A stretch of DNA of 64,000 nt, taken from NCBI GenBank assembly GCA_964016885.1, contig OZ024744.1, positions 19,778,001 through 19,842,000 of the forward strand, in the 5' to 3' direction. The stretch comes from Eledone cirrhosa (lineage: Eukaryota). How positions within the stretch are numbered: the first letter of the stretch is position 1; each line of letters begins with the position of its first letter. The notes under the pieces were generated by a model, which saw only the letters and a program-made list of their open reading frames with translations, was not told where the DNA came from and made no database searches. The position numbers and the translations under genes were made by a program. Below, in pieces: positions 57,800-64,000 of the stretch.

Positions 57800-58330
57800 T
57801 TAGAAAGCTGACACCATGTCCTCCTTTATTCCACACCATCTCTGCTGACCCCCATCATTTCTCACTTATTTCCAAACCCACCAGTCACCGCCTTTAAGCA
57901 CCCGGATCTCCGCGACCTCTTTCCCTGGTACGCAGTTCCCTCTCTTCCTCTTCTAGGACTCCACCTGACTCGCGTCCCTATCCTCACGCCCGCTGTAACA
58001 TTTGTCTTCTCATTTCTTTACCTCACTACTTTTACAGGCACCAATGGTTCATTCCGTATCCGCCACTGCACCACCACCCACGTAGTATATGCCCTCCGGT
58101 GTTTTCTTCTGCGGGTCCTTATACATTTGACAAACAGGCCAATATTGGCGGACCGTTTCGCTGAACACTTCAGGGACATACGACTCGGCATGGATACTCT
58201 CGTTGTTCATCATTTCCGTTCCCCAGGTTACTCATCCCTACATGTCTCAGTCTTTGGTGTTCCTTTACATCACGGATCACAGTCCTCGCACGCCAGCTAT
58301 AAGCAGAGAAGGGTGGCAGAGAAATGAACA
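57800..58330 (+). pseudogene. Degenerate GIY-YIG fragment of a different (Neptune-like) PLE
   Basis: CNIC..CTTTHVVYALRC..C..LYI.QTG..LADRFAEHFRDIR..VVHHFRSPG. Confidence 0.6.
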
Positions 58331-58389
58331 CTCTTCTCTGAATAAACATGTATGTGAAAATTAATTTTCCCCTTTTTATTGTCATTTTC

Positions 58390-58657
58390 ATTATTATTAT
58401 TATTATTCTTTGAGTCTCAGTCATTGATGTTATTTAACTGGAAAGTTTGTTGAAATGAATATCAAGCCGCTACTTGCAGCCTCAGATATTCAGGACGTAT
58501 CGGAGTGTTCTTGCTGTTCCCAGCAAGCATGCCTTTTGAAGTGTTCCAAAAAGTAGGGCTGGACTAATCTTCTTTAACCATCCTTGCAAACTCTTTGAGA
58601 TAGTACCTAGTGCGCCTAGGACAATCGGGACGTCCTTGATTTCATCGCAGTTCCAAT
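58390..58657 (-). mobile_element. 3' tip of an R4/Dong-type RLE LINE in (TAA)n
   Basis: VPIVLGALGTI..LQKACLLGTARTLRYVLNI; (TAA)n on both sides. Confidence 0.8.
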
Positions 58658-58679
58658 TATTATTATTATTATTATTATA

Positions 58680-58845
58680 GTTGGACGCCATGCTTTCTAG
58701 CATAGTTACGTGCCTTTACAGTTTGAGTTCAAATCCGGCCGAGGTTAACTTTGCCTTTCACCCTTACGGGATCGATAAAATAAAGTACCAGTAATGCACT
58801 GGGTAATAGCTGGCGTTGTGCCTAAAGTAGAAACAATTATTATTA
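58680..58845 (+). mobile_element. 5'-truncated tRNA-derived SINE
   Basis: Matches 18052-18215. Confidence 0.85.
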
Positions 58846-60980
58846 TTATAGTTTCATTTATCTTGCTTTATGTTCATACGAGTTATCACCAAGTCACAAC
58901 CAGTGACCTCAAGAGACAACAAGTTCGGCCATGTTCACGAAAGAACATACATACACATGCATCTTTAGGAGTTTAGACTTGTGATGTACTATTGACAGAA
59001 TCTTCCTTAGTATACGGGCAGTTCCCATTAGAACTATCTTTCGTATTTCTCCTATTCGCGGGTTTCCTGGGATTTGCGATAAGTAATCATTAGACCCCTT
59101 AGGTATCATTCCGAGAGCGCCTACAATCACTGGTATTGTTTTAGTTCTCAATTTCCACATTTTACCAATTTCTATCTCCAGGTCCTTATACTTGCTCAAT
59201 TTTTCAAATGATTTTGTAGATACATTCTTGTCTATTGGAACGGACATATCAATTAGCAGGCATACCCTCTTTTTAAAGTCCTTCAGTATTATATCAGGTC
59301 TATTTGCATATATTTTTCGGTCTATTTGGTTGCTAATGTTCCACAAGATTGAGATGTGATCTTTTTCAAGTATGGGAGGTGGTTGATGCTCCCACCAATT
59401 CTGTTGATGGGGCAGGTCAAAATGCTTACACTTTATCCAATGTATGTATTGTGCAGCTCTGTCGTGCATGTGTACGTATTCGGTTGGAGCTATAGGACTG
59501 CACATTGAAATTATATAATCAATGGTCTCTGGTTGTTTTTTACATACACAGCATAATGGGTTGCATCCAATTTTTATTATTTTGGTTTGGTAATTTTTTG
59601 TTGGCAGACACTGATCTAGTGCTGATATAATTAGTCCTACAGTCTCCGATTTCAGTCTAGAGGATGCCAAACACTGATAGGTTAAAGTTTTGTCAACATC
59701 AGGATTGTTAGCTCTTTCTGAGTATTTTCCATACAAAGGCTTTTCTTGCTATTTCTTAGCCAGTTTCTGTAGCAGTTCTTTCTTTGCAGTTACTTTTACC
59801 TGCTTTGCTTTTTCTGTGTTTTTCATTCCAGCAGTAAATGGGACTTCTGAAATGTGTAGTCCATTACTGTATCTTTGTGCATCTTTTGTAATAGATTATG
59901 ATCTTTTGATGCTTTCGTGTTTCAAAACGAGTTTGATCATCCAATCATGTGATTCCCTTAGATATGTAGACAATCCAATTGTTGCAGTTTTCAACGCAAT
60001 ATCTAACTGGATTAACCCACGTCCTCCTTCTTTCCTAGGGAGATATATTCTATCTATATCTGCCTTAGGGTGATGCATTATGTGCATGGTTAAGAATTTT
60101 CGAATGTTTGTATCGAGCCTACGGATCTCTGTGCTTGACCAGTTGATGACATTGTAACTGTAGGTTACTACTGGTATGGCAAGCGTGTTTATGGCATCTA
60201 CCCTATTCCTTGCATTCAATTCCGTTCTTAAGATTGCTCTTACTCTGCGGTAACATTCCGTCCTCATCATTTCTCCCATTGTCGAGTGCTTGATTGCGTC
60301 TTCTTCACAAACACCTAGATATTTATAAGTTTCCTCTTAATCAAGTTCTCATATCACATTCCCCCGATCAAGATTAATGTGCTAATAGCTTGATCTGATC
60401 AATTTCTATATCAGTTAGTAACTTTTTTTTTACAATATTTCTTCGTATATTGGCTAGTTTGTTACTGTCAATATAACCTCTGTTTTCGGGATGTTTCTTT
60501 TTCCAGTTGATATATGTCTGTTCTGTATTCGATGTATTTGATGGGTAGTACATGGCAGTGTAGAAAGCCTCAAGGACTTCTTTATTATCTTCCCTTGACC
60601 ATTTTTCTCTCTTTTTCTTTGGATTTCACGGTGGTGAGCATGGAGGGCCAACAGTAGGAGTATTCCGGTTATGGGAGGTCTCCAGCTCCTAAGTGATGGG
60701 AAGGTTTGAACCATTAGCTAATTTTTCGACCCCAGTCTGGTTCCTCTCTGACGGACGCGGCCCTTTTTTACTCGGGTGACGGCCGATCCGGTATGAGATT
60801 TTATCATTAGTCATTTACTTTATTTTGTCGCGTTTTATCCTTATCCGCCAAGGGGTAATCATTTCGTGTTACCACTTCTAGGACGAGTGTCAACCAAGAC
60901 TAGAGGGGTCGTCCTCCCCTAGAGACACGGCTATTCCCCGCCGGCCGCCATCCCGGTATTTCTTAGTCACGGGGTTTTCT
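58846..60980 (-). mobile_element. R4/Dong-type non-LTR retrotransposon with large internal deletion
   Basis: N-terminal EVLEAFY..NKLANIRRNI region, then YKYLG, RIYLPRKEGGRGL, CCVC..ETIDYI..C, RPDII..LLIDMSVP..EKLSKY (PD-(D/E)xK RLE); ends in (TAA)n. Confidence 0.85.
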
Positions 60981-61945
60981 TTTTTGTTGTTTTTTTTAAT
61001 TGTTATTATCATGAGTGGTTCCTTAATGTGAGCATTGCGTGGCTTAAGAATAAAATTATTAATAATATAATATACTTTTTGCTGAAGTTGCCTGTTATTG
61101 TTGTTGGCTATGTCGGTGGTGGTGCTGCGGCTTTTTATATTGTTGGTGAGGAAGGGGGGAGCCAGCAGTGCTATAGTTGTTGACGTTTGGCCGGTGGCCA
61201 GGTCACTAAGTCAATCTATTTATATCTTTTGCTAGCCTCTCCCTTGTCTAGTAATACTGCCACCTTCCCCTTTCTTAAGTTAACAGTGGAATAGTGGTGG
61301 TAGCAATGAAGGAGTGGTGGCGACGGTGATGGGGTAGTGGTAGCAATGATGGATGGAGTGTTGGCGGCGGTGGCGTTGTCGTTACTGAGTTTTGTTGAGT
61401 GGACTAGTGTTTTTTTGATATGTAGTATCTATGCATTTGTGTCGCGTATGTTTAATATGTGTTGAACAGACTAGTTTTGTTTGATCTCTAGTATCTATGC
61501 GTTTGTGTCGCGTATGTTTAATATATGTGTTGAGATATTCCCGTAAAATTGGAATTAAACATTTTGTTAAAACTTGAGACAATAATAATAGTAATTATTA
61601 TTATGATGCTGGGATTGGTGGTGGTAGTGGTGAAATTGCCGTTATCTGGCTGTTATATTCAGTGTACACAGCGGGGTGATGGGGTAGGTGGTGTATCAAG
61701 TTTCTGGTGTTGGTGAAATTGCTGTTATTTGGCTGTTCTATATAGTGTAGACAGGGACTTTTCTTCCATTTATAACCATTTTACTTTTTGAATATAAAAT
61801 ATATAATACAAAATTGAATATTTGAGCGATATAACAATATATTATGGATCCGAAATTTTATGAGACTTGATTCGGTGGTTTATGCATTATTTGTACTAAG
61901 AATTGTTATTTCACAATTGATTTAAATATGTTAAAAATCAAAAAC

Positions 61946-61995
<50 letters not shown>

Positions 61996-62009
61996 GTTAT
62001 TATTATTAT

Positions 62010-64000
62010 TGGCGACCTACGTAGTAAGTCGTATCATCGTGAGCTCCGCAAAGGTTTGTTATTTTCAGTTGTTTAAATTTGCCATTTATGGAAAATTTTT
62101 ATTAACTATATATAAGTGCACATACATTGTGTTCTGAAAAGGACGTTCAAAAATATTGGGGCCTTGAGCCCAAAATTTAAACTTTTTATAATTATCAAAC
62201 AAAAATTTTTCTTTGAAAAATCATGGATGACTCAGAATCACTCCTACCTCACACCGACACCACCATCGTAAATATTGCTACGTTTGCCAACACTGGAAAT
62301 GTAAGCAGTAGCAATATTTTTAATTTGTCTCAGGCAGACGTTCATTTCCCGCCATTACCAATGACTGCAGATGTTAAAGCCGCCACCACCCCCACGACCA
62401 CCACAGCGACAACAGAAACAAAAGAAAAAATAAATTAACTCGTGATATCGAAATGAATTCAACCAAAGTGAACTCTTCCACACCGAACACAACTGACGCC
62501 ACCACCACCACAACTGAAACTAAAATTAACAATAACAAAAATAACGATAACAACAACAGCAACAATGACATTAAGAAAACCATCCTGAGTTTTGCCAGAG
62601 TAGCAAAAAGGTGCGAAGCATTCCAGGTAACTCAGGAGGAATTAGACGAAACCAATGGAATGGTAAAGAAAGATGGGTACAGGGTCAGCCTCCCCCCACC
62701 ACCTAATAAAATGGAGCAACGTCGCCTATGCACCGTGTCTTATCGTACAATTAACGTAAAATCGCTCCGAGTGGAATGAGCATCCGAGTCCCAAATCCAA
62801 AAAGCTTTGGGACATGTGTGGGCAAAAAGAAGCCACATCAGACGTGGGCAGAAATATGGAACCGTGGACGTGTTCTTTGAAACACCACAGGAGGTTAGAG
62901 AACACTCCATGGCCCCATTAAAAAGTGACGATTTCACACTCGTCCCAAGCTATTGTTGCCAGAGACTTGTGAAGATCAGGGTGACTCACGTTCCACCGGC
63001 CATCGAAATTCCCTGGCTAATGGCTGCCATCCTCGCCGGCAACGAGGCCAACACCAAGATAATTGAAATAGCGAAAGAAAAGCAGGAGAACTGGTCCGGA
63101 TCTAGGATGGAGCTCCTGATCCAAGCGGACAATAAAAGCATTGAGGAGATCCCAGAGGTAATAGACCTCACTGACGGCAGCCACCTCACCGTAATCGTCG
63201 AGGGCAGAAGACCTAGGTGTGTCGTTTGTGGTGAAGGAACCCACCTAAGGGCTGTCTACCCTCAGGCTAAAGGGTTGAGGCCACCTCTCTTACCCACCCC
63301 AGTGACTCAATCATCAACACCACCAGCAGCAGAAATGGCAGCAACAACTGTAGCAGCAACAACAGAAGCAACTGTAACAGCAACAACCCCAAAAAGTAGC
63401 AAAACCAACACCACCACCACCCAACGCGCCATAACTAGCACCAGTGTCTTCACCATCCACCACGCCACAACCAAAACCAACGACTGTGGAGGATTTTCCA
63501 CTCCCCGGCTTATCGCAACTGGAGACAGATTGTGACGACGAGGAGTGGGAAACGGTATCAGGAAAAAAGAAAAAAAAGAAACCAAAAAAAGAAAAAAATT
63601 ATCTTCCTTCCCCCTCCAAAAACAAAATATAGAGGGAAACAAATAAATTATCAAAAAAAAAGTTAGGACAGATATGCCACCATCCACACCAGCATCACCA
63701 ACCCCATCACCACAAACACCAACACCATCACCATCATTAACCCCAACACCACCATCACCTACACCACAAAAGTCATCAAAATGCGAAACAGAAACAAACC
63801 CACAACAAACGCAAACAAAACAAAACAACCAAAACGATACACACTACACAGCATTAAATTTGAACAACAAGCAATTATTACACTACATCCAACACAACAC
63901 CAGTATCACAGAAAAAGACTACACAACAACCCCAAAGTTAACACCAACTCCACACATACAAATCACTCGCATCACACAGAAAACGTACATGACACTAGAA
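62010..64000 (+). mobile_element. 5' UTR and disrupted ORF1 of a second Tx1-like LINE (runs off the window)
   Basis: Starts right after (TTA)n; ATG 62223; LSFARVAK; LTVIVEGRRPRCVVCGEGTHLRAV similar to the knuckle region near 10150; Thr/Pro-rich linker. Confidence 0.75.

Noticed and set aside
60840-60980. HDV-like ribozyme at the Dong 5' end
   Set aside because: I could not assign the nested double pseudoknot by eye, so it is left as an unverified possibility.
61420-61760. Two short local tandem duplications (~40-65 bp)
   Set aside because: Ordinary slippage-type duplications with no further structure.

Overview
This AT-rich eukaryotic window contains no host gene I can support. The tRNA-derived SINE resembles the abundant octopus/cephalopod SINE, so the host is probably a cephalopod (inference). 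Most ORFs in the track are (TA)n/(CA)n artefacts. The real content is nested mobile DNA inserted into microsatellites: (i) many Penelope-like elements (PLEs), including a near-intact RT + C-terminal GIY-YIG element with a CxCx5C linker (Hydra-clade-like, 54073-56202, one premature stop); (ii) a Tx1-type LINE in (TATC)n and a second Tx1 5' end; (iii) CR1-group and R4/Dong LINE relics; (iv) a decayed hAT-type transposon; (v) several SINEs. Reading the non-coding DNA by eye gives about 35 type I hammerhead ribozyme (HHR) motifs, over 20 with an intact core. They lie in pLTRs, in fold-back insertions and in ORF-less tandem units of about 420-690 nt that resemble retrozymes. The most novel observation is a covarying bulged hairpin, RCTC-[stem-loop]-YH-GAGY, shared by about 10 otherwise unrelated families. 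It lies 2-15 nt beyond the point where inverted arms or terminal repeats end, and about 20 nt upstream of the PLE start codon. It is a candidate cis-element by which the PLE RT/EN recognises both autonomous and non-autonomous RNAs. Coordinates were read manually and element boundaries are approximate.
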